From an uncultured Actinomycetes bacterium (GTDB lineage Bacteria > Actinomycetota > UBA4738 > HRBIN12): a stretch of DNA of 64,000 nucleotides. Numbering within the stretch: the stretch's first letter is position 1; each line of letters opens with the position of its first letter. Where the stretch lies: contig CAWGTU010000003.1 in the NCBI GenBank assembly GCA_963825635.1, positions 459,812 through 523,811 of the forward strand, read 5' to 3'. Positions 36,880 through 45,922 of the stretch are shown here, piece after piece. The notes under the pieces are model-generated. The model saw only the letters and a list, made by a program, of their open reading frames with translations. It was not told where the DNA came from and made no database searches. Both the position numbers and the translations under genes were made by a program.

Positions 36880-37668
36880 ATGAGGCTCGTGACCTACGAC
36901 CGGGGGGGGCACCGGCGACTGGGAGCGATCCTCGAGGGTGAGGTGGTCGATCTCCCCGACGCGGTCGGGCATCCGGCCTTCCCCACCACCCTCGAGGGTC
37001 TGGTCTCGAGCAGCCGAGGCAGCGTGATGGATGCCGCCCGTGCCGCCCTGCAGCGCGACGACGCGTGGAACTGGCGCGTGCCGAAGCCGCGCATCCTCAC
37101 CCCGCTGTTCCCGCATTCCCTGCTCTCGCCTCGCGCGATGGACGTCGAACGGCGCATCGTCGGGCCCGAGCAGCCGGTACCGTGGCCGGCCGGCGCGGCC
37201 TGGCTCGACTACGAGCCGATGGTGGCCGCGGTGGTGGGCAACGAGGCGTCGAAGGTGAGCGCCGACGAGGTGCGCGCCGACGTCTTCGGGTACACGCTCG
37301 TGAACGACTGGCGGGCACGCTCGGCCGACGGGGCCCCCGTCGGCTCGGCCGAGGGCGTCCCGATCTCGATCGGACCCTGCGTGGTCACGGCCGACGATCT
37401 GGACCCGCAGGCGATGTTCGTGCAGGTGAAGGTCGACGACCACGACGTGCTGAAGGGCAACCTCAACGGCGCCGCGACGTCGCTGTTCGAGCTCATCTCG
37501 TCGGTCTCGCGGCACGCGGTGCTCGAGCGGGGCGACGCGTTCGCGCTCGGACCCTTCCCACCGGTCGCCGACGACGCGGACCCCGCTCGGCGGCTGTGGC
37601 CGGGCGCCCTGATCGAGCTGGCGGCCGAGGGCATCGGCACCTTGCGCAATCGCCTCGGCGCCCGCTGA
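36880..37668 (+). CDS. Fumarylacetoacetate hydrolase (FAH) family protein
   Basis: FAH-domain core (VFGYTLVNDWRAR ... LFELISSVS). Confidence 0.7.
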   Translation: MRLVTYDRGGHRRLGAILEGEVVDLPDAVGHPAFPTTLEGLVSSSRGSVMDAARAALQRDDAWNWRVPKPRILTPLFPHSLLSPRAMDVERRIVGPEQPVPWPAGAAWLDYEPMVAAVVGNEASKVSADEVRADVFGYTLVNDWRARSADGAPVGSAEGVPISIGPCVVTADDLDPQAMFVQVKVDDHDVLKGNLNGAATSLFELISSVSRHAVLERGDAFALGPFPPVADDADPARRLWPGALIELAAEGIGTLRNRLGAR

Positions 37669-37687
37669 GGGCGGCGCCGGCGCCGGA

Positions 37688-37810
37688 CTACTTCTTCTTC
37701 GCGGTCTTCCGCGCCGTGCCGGCTTCGACGGCCCTGCGCGCGTCGCGTGCCTTCTTCTTGCGCTGACGGTCCTTCGCGGACCGCACTTTCGCCAGATCTC
37801 CCCTGCCCAT
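37688..37810 (-). CDS. Unannotated 40-aa highly basic small protein (MGRGDLAKVRSAKDRQRKKKARDARRAVEAGTARKTAKKK), 11 nt downstream of proC
   Basis: ATG preceded by GGAG at -10, TAG stop, pI >11. Below the ORF-track cutoff. Coordinates read by hand, +/-2. Confidence 0.4.
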   Translation of the reverse strand: MGRGDLAKVRSAKDRQRKKKARDARRAVEAGTARKTAKKK

Positions 37811-37823
37811 CGTCGTCGTCTCC

Positions 37824-38672
37824 TCAGTCGTCGTCGTCGTCGCCGCCCTGCGCCAGCTCGAGCGAGCGTTGGCGGGCGGCGTCGATCGCGTTCAGGAACG
37901 CGGCCCGCACACCGGCTTCCTCGAGGTGACGGATCGCCGCGATCGTCGTGCCGCCGGGCGACGTCACCATCTCGCGGAGCTCCACGGGGTGCGTGCCCGT
38001 ATCGCGCAACATCTTGGCCGAGCCCAGCATCGTCTGGATGATCAGCTCGGTCGCGACGTCACGTGACAGCCCGAGCAGGATACAGGCCTCGATCATCGCC
38101 TCGGCCAACAGGAAGAAGTACGCAGGACCGCTGCCGCTCGTCGCCGTGACCGCGTCGAGGTGCTGCTCGGGCAGCCGCAGCACCTTGCCGACGGTGCCGA
38201 GTAGCTCCTCGGCGATCGAGAGATGCTCCTCCCCCGCCGAGCGCCCGGCCGCGATCACCGACATCGCCTCGTCGACCATCACGGGAACGTTGGACATCAC
38301 GCGCACGACCGGTACCCCGTCAGGCAGCTGCTTCTGCACGAAGGAGGTGCGCACCCCGGCGGCGAAGCTGATCACCGTGTCCCGAGGCTGCACGTGCTCG
38401 CGGATCTGCTGCAGCAGCGCCTCGATGTCCTGCGGCTTCGTCATCAGCACGAGCACGTCGGCCCAGCGCACCGCCTCGGGGTTGTCGAGGGTCGCCGTGA
38501 TGCCGTACTTGCCAGCGAGCTCCTGGGCGCGCTCCTCACGGCGGTTCGTGACCATGATCTCGTCGACCGTGCGCCCGCCCGACCGGATCAGGCCCGAGAT
38601 CAGCGCCTCGGCCATCTTGCCGCCGCCCAGGAAGGCGACCCTGCGTGCCTCGTCGCTGCTCATGGCGGACAA
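37824..38672 (-). CDS. proC: Pyrroline-5-carboxylate reductase
   Basis: FLGGGKMAEAL NADP site and a C-terminal dimerisation domain; full-length. Confidence 0.9.
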   Translation of the reverse strand: MSAMSSDEARRVAFLGGGKMAEALISGLIRSGGRTVDEIMVTNRREERAQELAGKYGITATLDNPEAVRWADVLVLMTKPQDIEALLQQIREHVQPRDTVISFAAGVRTSFVQKQLPDGVPVVRVMSNVPVMVDEAMSVIAAGRSAGEEHLSIAEELLGTVGKVLRLPEQHLDAVTATSGSGPAYFFLLAEAMIEACILLGLSRDVATELIIQTMLGSAKMLRDTGTHPVELREMVTSPGGTTIAAIRHLEEAGVRAAFLNAIDAARQRSLELAQGGDDDDD

Positions 38673-38699
38673 CCTATCGCACGCGCGCGGACCGGCGCC

Positions 38700-39359
38700 T
38701 CACGCGTCGTCGGGGGCGGACTGGATGCCGTGGCGCAGGATCTCGACGAACTCCTTGATGCGCATCTCGCGCCGCTCCGGCCGCCGGTGGATCAGCCCGG
38801 GGTCGAGATCGGCCGAGACCAGCGCGTCCTGGAAGCGCTCGGCGACCCAGTCGAGCGTCGACGCGAGCATCTCGGGGTCGACGTCGTCGCGGACCTCGCC
38901 GCTGCGCACGCCGAACTCCACGAACTCGAGCGTGCCGTACGGATCCTCGCTGCGCATGAAGCGGTCGATCGGGCGTCGCACGCCCATGCCCGCGTCGTAG
39001 CGGCCGATCACCGCGATGCGATTGGGCACGGGATCACGGTCCACGAAGTCCTCGGTGTGCTCGAGCCACCAGTCGAGCGTGGCCCAGAACCCCTCGGCGG
39101 TGACCTGATCGGGCGCGTCGAGCCACGCGGGCAGCATCGACACCGCGCGTTGGTAGGCCGCCAGGAACAGCCCCTCCTTCGACCCGAAGTCGAGGAAGAC
39201 GGTCCCCTTGGCCACTCCCACGTCGGCCGCGATGTCCTCGACGCGCCCGCCCCGATATCCGTGCTCGGCGAAGTGGCGCATCGCGGCGTCGACGACGCGA
39301 TCGCGACGCTCGGCGGCGTCGACCCGCTTGGCCCTGCCCTCGCTCACGCCCGACGTCAT
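38700..39359 (-). CDS. TetR-family transcriptional regulator
   Basis: N-terminal HTH (VEDIAADVGVAKGTVFLDF); start at M41 of the track ORF. Confidence 0.8.
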   Translation of the reverse strand: MTSGVSEGRAKRVDAAERRDRVVDAAMRHFAEHGYRGGRVEDIAADVGVAKGTVFLDFGSKEGLFLAAYQRAVSMLPAWLDAPDQVTAEGFWATLDWWLEHTEDFVDRDPVPNRIAVIGRYDAGMGVRRPIDRFMRSEDPYGTLEFVEFGVRSGEVRDDVDPEMLASTLDWVAERFQDALVSADLDPGLIHRRPERREMRIKEFVEILRHGIQSAPDDA

Positions 39360-39544
39360 GCCCGCACGGTAGCGGCCGAGGGCGCCCGAGGAAAGAAAGA
39401 GCCCGAGAGACCTTCCGGCTCGCCGAGAGCCGAAGCTCCCAGCCACCGTCAGCCTCTCGGGCTCAGGTGCTCCAAGCAACCTCCGCGTCGTCGCGGCGGT
39501 GACCGATCGTGCCCGGCGGGTTCGGCTCGCCCGAAGGCGCTCCG

Positions 39545-39765
39545 ATCGCCTGCCGCCGACAGGCTCGCCTTGCGGCGCTCCTGCTGCGGCGGGGCTCCCC
39601 TGCGGCCCACCCGAGGGCGTTCCGCCGGGGGCCGGACCCGGCTTCGTCCTTGCGGCGTCTGCCTGGCCCGGAAGGTTCCGCTTCCAGCCTTGCGGCCTTC
39701 GTCGGCGCCCCGGAGTTCCGCGTCTGGCCTTGCGGCCTTCGTCGGTTCTCCCGGTTCCGTCTCCA
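39545..39765. repeat. Intergenic tandem array of ~5 degenerate 40-bp repeats (core CCTTGCGGC ... CCGGARGTTCCG), resembling a MIRU/VNTR locus
   Basis: Three contiguous well-conserved 40-bp units at ~39629-39748, preceded by two degenerate units. Sits in a 616-bp non-coding gap between the TetR start and the mshA stop. Confidence 0.65.
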
Positions 39766-39976
39766 CCTCTCGGCGGCTCCGGAACCTCGTCCGGTCTCCT
39801 CGCGTCGGTGCTTCGACTGCTTGGAGCGAGGCGAACTGTACGGGCGGGAACGGGGCACGGTCAACTCGACGTTTCCGCAGGTCAGAGCACGAATGCGCTG
39901 GTAGCGGACGTGCGAAGAAGAGTGACAAATCCGGACGGGAGGTGACGGATGTCGCAGCGGACGATGAACGCCCAGG

Positions 39977-41224
39977 TCAGCGGGGGTGCGCGAGCACCTC
40001 GTCGTACACCGACACCATCTGGTCGGTCGTCGCGTCCCACGTGAACCGCAGCGCCTGACGGGCCGCTTCGTCGCCGAACGACGACTGGAGCTGAGGGTCT
40101 CGCAGTATCTGCAGCAATCGATCGGCATGGTCGCCCGGGTCGTGTCCCTCGACGAGGAAGCCGCTCCGGCCGTCCTCGACCACGTACGGCAGGCCGCCGA
40201 CGTCCGCGGCGATCACGGGGGTGCCGCAGGCCTGGGCCTCGAGGGCCACCAGCCCGAACGACTCCGATCGTGAGGGCACGAGCACGACGTCGGCCGCGGT
40301 GTAGAAGTCGACGAGCTTGGGCTGCGGTTGCGGCGGGAACAGCATCACGCGCTCGCTCACGCCGAGCGCCGCAGCGAGCTCGAGGAGCCTCGCGACCTCG
40401 GCCCCCTTGTCCGGGCCGCTCGGTCCACCGACGATCGCGAGCACGAGGTCGCCGGCGACGTCGGGATCTCGGGCGACGGCTTCGGCGAGCGTGCGCACGG
40501 CGACGTCGGGACCCTTGTGCGGCTGCAGCCGCCCGACGTAGAGGGCGAGGCGGAGTCCGGACAGGTGCAGGTGCTCTCGGGCGCGGGCGCGGTCGCCCGG
40601 CACGAACAGCAGGTGGTCGACGCCCGGCGGCACGAGCCGCACGCTGCTCGGATCGGCCCGGTACAGGCCGACGAGCTGCGCTGCCTCCGTCGGCGTGGGC
40701 GCCAGTACACGATCGGCCTCGGCGATCACCGCCTGCTCGGCGGCGAGCCGCACGTCGGACTCGGGGCGCTCACCTCTGGCGAGCGAGTAGTTCTTGACCT
40801 TGCCGAGCGTGTGGAACGACGCCACGAGCGGCGCTCCCAGCGACGACTTGACCGCCCGCCCGACCCAGCCGGAGAGCCAGTAGTGACTGTGCACGATGTC
40901 GTAGCCGCGGCCGTCCTCGTGGGCCACGCGGAGCACACCGCCGAGGAACTCCGGCAGGTACCGCGGCAGCTCCGCCTTCGGCAGGATCTCGCACGGCCCC
41001 GCCTTGACGCTCACGACGCGGATGCCGGGAGCGAGCGTCTTCACCTCGTGGTCGTCGCCTCCGCGGCATCGCGTGAACAGATCGACGGCGACGCCTCGAC
41101 TCGCGAGGCGTTCGGCCACCGCTCGCACGTAGACGTTCATGCCGCCGGAGTCGCCGGTTCCCGGCTGATCCATGGGCGACGTATGCACCGAGAGGACGGC
41201 GACGCGGGCGCTGTCGTTCATCAT
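39977..41224 (-). CDS. mshA: D-inositol-3-phosphate glycosyltransferase (mycothiol biosynthesis)
   Basis: VAVLSVHTSPMDQPGTGDSGGMNVYV N-terminus typical of MshA. GT4 C-terminal E-x7-E region. Confidence 0.8.
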   Translation of the reverse strand: MMNDSARVAVLSVHTSPMDQPGTGDSGGMNVYVRAVAERLASRGVAVDLFTRCRGGDDHEVKTLAPGIRVVSVKAGPCEILPKAELPRYLPEFLGGVLRVAHEDGRGYDIVHSHYWLSGWVGRAVKSSLGAPLVASFHTLGKVKNYSLARGERPESDVRLAAEQAVIAEADRVLAPTPTEAAQLVGLYRADPSSVRLVPPGVDHLLFVPGDRARAREHLHLSGLRLALYVGRLQPHKGPDVAVRTLAEAVARDPDVAGDLVLAIVGGPSGPDKGAEVARLLELAAALGVSERVMLFPPQPQPKLVDFYTAADVVLVPSRSESFGLVALEAQACGTPVIAADVGGLPYVVEDGRSGFLVEGHDPGDHADRLLQILRDPQLQSSFGDEAARQALRFTWDATTDQMVSVYDEVLAHPR

Positions 41225-41261
41225 GCCGATGGTAGGCGAGGTCGCGGCGAACGAGGCGGGA

Positions 41262-42242
41262 TCAGCGACGTCGCAGGGTCACGACGGGCTCGATCGTCCC
41301 GACCACCTCGCCGCCGCCGCGGACCGGGGGCGAGGCGTGCGACGCGAGCGCCCGTCGCTGCGCCGCGTCGATCACGTCGACCTGACCCAGCACATCGACC
41401 ATCGCGGGTCCCGCGGCGCGGAACCCCGCGTCGGCGACCTTCAGCGCCACCCCGATGCCCCTCTCGGGGACGGACACGCAGACCAGCGCCTCCGCGCCCT
41501 CCTTCGCCACCAGCCCGGGGACGGCCTGCATCAGCGCGGTATCGAAGCGATCGCGACCCCCGACGAGGTAGGGCTCGGCGAGCATCGCCTCGATCGCGCG
41601 TTCCACCTCGGGCTCGAGCTCGCCGAGCCGTTCGGGAACGCCGAGGCGGGCGTAGAGGGTCGCGATCGCGCGCAGGGGAACGCCGTGCACGGGCACGCCG
41701 CACCCGTCGACCCCCACCCGGACGTCGTCGACCCCGGTCGCCCGTCGCACGGCCCGCAGCACCCGCCGCTGCAGCGGGTGGGAGCGCCGCTGATACGTGG
41801 CCGTGTCCCAGCCGGCCCGGGTGCAGGCGAGCAGCATGCCGGCGTGCTTGCCCGAGCAGTCACTGAACAGCGGGTGACGATGCTGGGCGCGCGCCATCTC
41901 GTCGTCGTCGATCGGGTAGGACGGCGGCGTCCGCAACGCCTGGGGGCCGAGCCCGGCCCGCTCGAGCAGAGCACGGACCGCGCCGAGGTGCACGGGTTCT
42001 CCGTTGTGCGATGCGCACATCACGGCGACCTCTCGGTCCGGCAGGGGCTCGTCGCCGATCGCCGCCAGCGAGACAGCCGCCTGCATCGGCTTGGCGCACG
42101 ACCTGATGAACACCGGTCGATCCGCATCACCGGCCCGCGCTGCGAGCCGGCCGTCGACGTCGCAGACCGCGACGTGACCCAGGTGCACCGATTCCTCGAG
42201 CCCGGAGCGCACCACGCGAGCGATCGGCACCGCGGCGACCAT
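41262..42242 (-). CDS. Asparaginase_II family protein (PF06089-like)
   Basis: Family-typical length (326 aa) and conserved SCAKPMQA and DGCGVP segments. Confidence 0.6.
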   Translation of the reverse strand: MVAAVPIARVVRSGLEESVHLGHVAVCDVDGRLAARAGDADRPVFIRSCAKPMQAAVSLAAIGDEPLPDREVAVMCASHNGEPVHLGAVRALLERAGLGPQALRTPPSYPIDDDEMARAQHRHPLFSDCSGKHAGMLLACTRAGWDTATYQRRSHPLQRRVLRAVRRATGVDDVRVGVDGCGVPVHGVPLRAIATLYARLGVPERLGELEPEVERAIEAMLAEPYLVGGRDRFDTALMQAVPGLVAKEGAEALVCVSVPERGIGVALKVADAGFRAAGPAMVDVLGQVDVIDAAQRRALASHASPPVRGGGEVVGTIEPVVTLRRR

Positions 42243-42283
42243 CGTTCGAGCCTACCCCGCCGGAGACAGGGGTTCGGGCGACG

Positions 42284-43054
42284 CTAGACCGCGGCCGCGA
42301 GCGGTGAGGCGGGAGAGCCGCCGATGAGGTCGCCCTCGTCGACGAGATCGAGGAACGCCGTCGCGACGTCGGGGTCGAACTGGGTCCCCGCCCCGGCGCG
42401 GATCTCGTCGAGCGCGCGCTCGAGCGGCATCGCCGCTCGGTAGGGACGGTCGCTCGTCATCGCGTCGAAGGAATCGGCGATCGCGAAGATGCGCGCCGCG
42501 AGCGGGATCTCCTCGCCGCGCAGCCCCTGCGGATACCCCAGTCCGTCCCATCGCTCGTGGTGGGTTTGCACGATCTCGACGGCGCCGGCGAGGAACCGGA
42601 TCGGCGAGACGATCTGCGCCCCGATCGCAGGGTGCTCGCGCATCACGATCCACTCGGCCTCGTCGAGGGGACCGGGCTTGCACAGCACCGCCTCGGGGAC
42701 CCCCACCTTCCCGATGTCGTGCAGGAAGAACCCGTATCCGACCTCGGGACGAGCCGCGAGCTCGGGATCGATGCGTTCGGCGAGGGCGAGCCCGTATCGG
42801 TGAGTCCGATCGAGATGACCCCGTGTGGTGACGTCCTTGGCCTCGACGACCTTGGCCAGCGACGTCATCGTCGAGACGTACATGTCGCGGATACCTTCGA
42901 GCGCCTCCTCGAGCTCGAGGCTGCGCGTGCGCTCGGCCTGGTACAGCGATCCGATCTCCCGTGCGAAGACCACGAGCTGCGCGTGCAGGGCCGGAACCTC
43001 GGCGTCGCCCGGCACCGAAGCTCCCGGCGCCCGAGCGATGTGCGTGACTGACAT
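42284..43054 (-). CDS. HD-GYP domain phosphohydrolase (putative c-di-GMP phosphodiesterase)
   Basis: HD motif (LHDIGK) and an HHERWDGLGYP HD-GYP signature. Confidence 0.8.
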   Translation of the reverse strand: MSVTHIARAPGASVPGDAEVPALHAQLVVFAREIGSLYQAERTRSLELEEALEGIRDMYVSTMTSLAKVVEAKDVTTRGHLDRTHRYGLALAERIDPELAARPEVGYGFFLHDIGKVGVPEAVLCKPGPLDEAEWIVMREHPAIGAQIVSPIRFLAGAVEIVQTHHERWDGLGYPQGLRGEEIPLAARIFAIADSFDAMTSDRPYRAAMPLERALDEIRAGAGTQFDPDVATAFLDLVDEGDLIGGSPASPLAAAV

Positions 43055-43241
43055 GTGCGCAAGCCCCCCGGCCCGTCGTGACCAGCACACTCTGGACGCA
43101 GGAACGGCTCGGCGCCATCGGACGCGCGCGGGGTTCTCGCCGGGAGACCGGCGGACGTCGGCATGGGCCGGTCGGCGTGGGTGTCGGGAGGAGGGGTGCT
43201 CCCCCACGCGGGGGACACGGGGTGCGAGAACGGCTGCCCCG

Positions 43242-43793
43242 CTACTGCAGCACGAGCGTCGGATCGTCCTTGTACCGGCGCATCAGCTCCGCCTGCAGCG
43301 TGTCGAGCACGCCGATCACGTCGCCGCGCGCCGTCGACACCTCGTGCTCCTCCGCTGTGAGCAGCTCAACAGCGGCGGCCAGCCGTTCGTCGTCGAGCTC
43401 GGTGGGGTCGGAGATTCCGGCATCGGAGACGAGCCGCTCGATGCGACGGCGAGCGATCAGCATCTCGTCCTCGGGCAGACCGACCCGCACGGCTTCGCCC
43501 CTCGAGGCGGTCTGCGGCTCGTCGCCGGAGAGGATCGTGGACAGCCGCTCGACCAGCGAGGCGCGATCGCCGTCGCTCCCCCGGCTCTCGAGCTCGGCCT
43601 GCAAGATCTCGGCACGGCCTTGCACGAGGCGGCGCAACAGCGAGAGGTACTCGCGCTCGGCGAGGCACTCGTCACGGCGCGCGCGCAGATCCTGCAGGCT
43701 CAGCGCGTCGATGTCCTCGACGAAGCCGGGCTCGCGGATCCGGTCGATCCGACGGTTGGCGGGATGGTCCTGCTCGTCACTCACGCGGCACAT
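43242..43793 (-). CDS. Hypothetical coiled-coil protein
   Basis: Acidic helical protein; start at M56/V59 of the track ORF. Confidence 0.4.
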   Translation of the reverse strand: MCRVSDEQDHPANRRIDRIREPGFVEDIDALSLQDLRARRDECLAEREYLSLLRRLVQGRAEILQAELESRGSDGDRASLVERLSTILSGDEPQTASRGEAVRVGLPEDEMLIARRRIERLVSDAGISDPTELDDERLAAAVELLTAEEHEVSTARGDVIGVLDTLQAELMRRYKDDPTLVLQ

Positions 43794-43827
43794 CCTACGG
43801 CGGCCGAGCGACGCCCGCCCCGGGCGC

Positions 43828-44940
43828 TCAGCAGACGCCGAGCAGCGCGGTGTACGGGTTGATCGCACCGCCTCCGCCCGGGTGGTACTCGAAGTGCAGG
43901 TGGTAGACGGTCGTGCCGGTGTTCCCCACGTAGCCGATCGTGCTGCCCGCCGAGACACGGGACCCCTCGCCGTAGGCGCCGTACGAGTCGAAGTGCGTAT
44001 AGAACGTCCAGTCCGAGCTTCCTTCGTGGAAGATCACGATGCCGAGCCCGCCGATCGAGCTGCCGGTGCGGTGCACGGTGCCTGCGTGCACAGCCACCAC
44101 CGGGGTGCCCCGAGCGGCGATCAGGTCGATGCCTGCGTGCGAGCGACCCCCCGGCCTCGGGTCGCCGAACGAGTCGACGAACGAGTTGGGGCCGTTCACG
44201 GGGCACGTCTGGATCCAGCCGGTGCCGCTGACCGGCGGAGGCCCGCCGCCGCCGCCACCACCGCCGTCGTCGGTCGAGCCGCCCCCGCCGCCGCCACCGC
44301 CACCGGCATCGGCCGCCGCGGCGGCCGCGGCCTCTTCCTCGGCGAGTCGGTCCTCGAGCTCCCCGACGCGTGAGGCGAAGCGCTCCAACTCCGACTGGAT
44401 CGCCGACTGCTGGGTCTCGAGGTCGGCGGCCGCCGACTCCTGGTCGGCGATCGCGTCGGCGAGCTGCTCCTGCTGCCACGCGAGCTCCTGGGTCTCCACG
44501 CTCACCTGGTTCGCGAGGTCGCTGTCCCCCTCGGCCACGGCCGACGCGAACTCGAGGCGGTCGACCGCGTCGCCGACCGAATCCGACGTCAGCAGGGCGA
44601 GCGCCTGCGGGCTGCCGCCGGCGATGAACAGCGCCGCGGCGCGACGGTTCAGCTCCCGCTGGATCGTCGCGAGCTCGGACCGCAGGGTGTCGATGCGCTG
44701 CTGCGCGGCGTCGGCGGCGTCCTGGGACCGGGCGAGGTCGGCCTCGGCATCCTGCCAGAGCTGGTTGATGCGGTCGAGCTCAGCTCTGGCGGACTGCAGG
44801 TTCTGCTCCGCCGATTCGAGCTCGCCCTCCGTGTCGGCGCTCGCCGGCATCGACACCATGGCGCCGACGAGGGCGCATGCCAGGATCAGGCTGAGTGAAG
44901 CTCGGGAACGGATCGTCGACTCCTTACGACGGGCACTCAC
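43828..44940 (-). CDS. Secreted M23-family peptidoglycan metalloendopeptidase with an N-terminal coiled-coil (EnvC-like) domain
   Basis: Signal peptide, long coiled-coil, Gly-rich linker. M23 motifs HAGIDL and HLHFEYH. Confidence 0.8.
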   Translation of the reverse strand: MSARRKESTIRSRASLSLILACALVGAMVSMPASADTEGELESAEQNLQSARAELDRINQLWQDAEADLARSQDAADAAQQRIDTLRSELATIQRELNRRAAALFIAGGSPQALALLTSDSVGDAVDRLEFASAVAEGDSDLANQVSVETQELAWQQEQLADAIADQESAAADLETQQSAIQSELERFASRVGELEDRLAEEEAAAAAAADAGGGGGGGGGSTDDGGGGGGGGPPPVSGTGWIQTCPVNGPNSFVDSFGDPRPGGRSHAGIDLIAARGTPVVAVHAGTVHRTGSSIGGLGIVIFHEGSSDWTFYTHFDSYGAYGEGSRVSAGSTIGYVGNTGTTVYHLHFEYHPGGGGAINPYTALLGVC

Positions 44941-44944
44941 GGGC

Positions 44945-45544
44945 CTATGACCAGGGAGGACGTTCGATCGAGGCTACCAGTGGCCCTCGCGGCGCCTCAA
45001 CTCGTGTCACATCCCCCTGGTGGGGATCGATGCCCTCCGCCCGGGCACGATCGATCTCGTCGCGCAGCGCCTCCAGGTGTTCGAGATGCACGATGTCCTT
45101 GACCCGCCCACTCGCCGACTTCATGCGGATCAGATCCTCGACACTGGCGACCAGGATGGTCAGCCCGTCGGCGGCAACGAGCGTTTCAGCCCCGGCCTCG
45201 AGATCGGGGTATCCCGCCGTGCCCGCGGGCGTGCCGAGGATGTCGAGATCGCCCATCGACGTGACGAACGTGAACGAGTCGCCGTTGCGGAGCGTGACGG
45301 CGTCGAGCCTGAACGGGAGGTCGGCGTCCGGCTCCCGCGCGACCCGAAGGCGAGCCTGAAGCTCGGTGAGGGCGCCGGCAAGCGCTTCAAGGTTAGCGAG
45401 ATCCCTTGCATAGCAGATATCGAGGTCCTGCGTGACGTCGGCGGTTCCTCTCAGGTTCGCGGCGAGCCCGCCGATCAGCACGAAGCGAACCCCTCGCTCG
45501 ACGAGGATCCGCAGCATGCCGAGCGGATCGAAAAGCAGGCTCAT
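44945..45544 (-). CDS. Nucleotidyltransferase-fold protein, AbiEii-like putative toxin
   Basis: GG-x9-R-x-T-x-D-x-D motif (LIGGLAANLRGTADVTQDLDI), 4-bp overlap with the upstream HTH gene. Confidence 0.55.
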   Translation of the reverse strand: MSLLFDPLGMLRILVERGVRFVLIGGLAANLRGTADVTQDLDICYARDLANLEALAGALTELQARLRVAREPDADLPFRLDAVTLRNGDSFTFVTSMGDLDILGTPAGTAGYPDLEAGAETLVAADGLTILVASVEDLIRMKSASGRVKDIVHLEHLEALRDEIDRARAEGIDPHQGDVTRVEAPRGPLVASIERPPWS

Positions 45545-45867
45545 GCTGGTCTCCGGGCGCCGAAGGCTCGTCGGAGCTCGCGCACCCCGTTGGCGGCGTC
45601 GACCGCCAGTCGAAACCGCTCCGCAGGCGTCATCGCCAAGCGTTCCGTGATCTGGGATCGATCGACGTCGACACCGCCCTGATCGGCGACGCCGAGGCGC
45701 ATGCCGCAGGCACGGATCAGCGGGTCGAGGGTGTCGAGCGTCGGTGAGACCACACGGTTCTCGATCCGAGAGATCGTGGCCTGAGGAACTCCCGCTCGGC
45801 GGGCCAGCTCACGCTGGGAGAGCTGAGCCCGCCGACGCGCCATCCGCAACATCACAGCAGCGTCCAC
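45541..45867 (-). CDS. XRE-family helix-turn-helix transcriptional regulator (putative antitoxin)
   Basis: LSQRELARRAGVPQATISRIENR HTH signature. Confidence 0.75.
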   Translation of the reverse strand: MDAAVMLRMARRRAQLSQRELARRAGVPQATISRIENRVVSPTLDTLDPLIRACGMRLGVADQGGVDVDRSQITERLAMTPAERFRLAVDAANGVRELRRAFGARRPA

Positions 45868-45882
45868 GCTGCGATGATATCA

Positions 45883-45908
45883 GATACGTATCACGCACGA
45901 TACGTATC
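45883..45908. promoter_or_regulatory. Two copies of the perfect 10-bp palindrome GATACGTATC separated by 6 bp, in an AT-rich island just upstream of the XRE gene
   Basis: Sequence aGATACGTATCacgcacGATACGTATCtg. Local AT-richness contrasts with the 70%-GC background. Confidence 0.6.
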
Positions 45909-45922
45909 TGTATCGAGCCCGC

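Noticed and set aside
39545-39765. The 40-bp repeat array as a CRISPR array
   Set aside because: The units are contiguous degenerate tandem repeats without unique spacers of regular length, and there are no cas genes. MIRU/VNTR-like is the better description.
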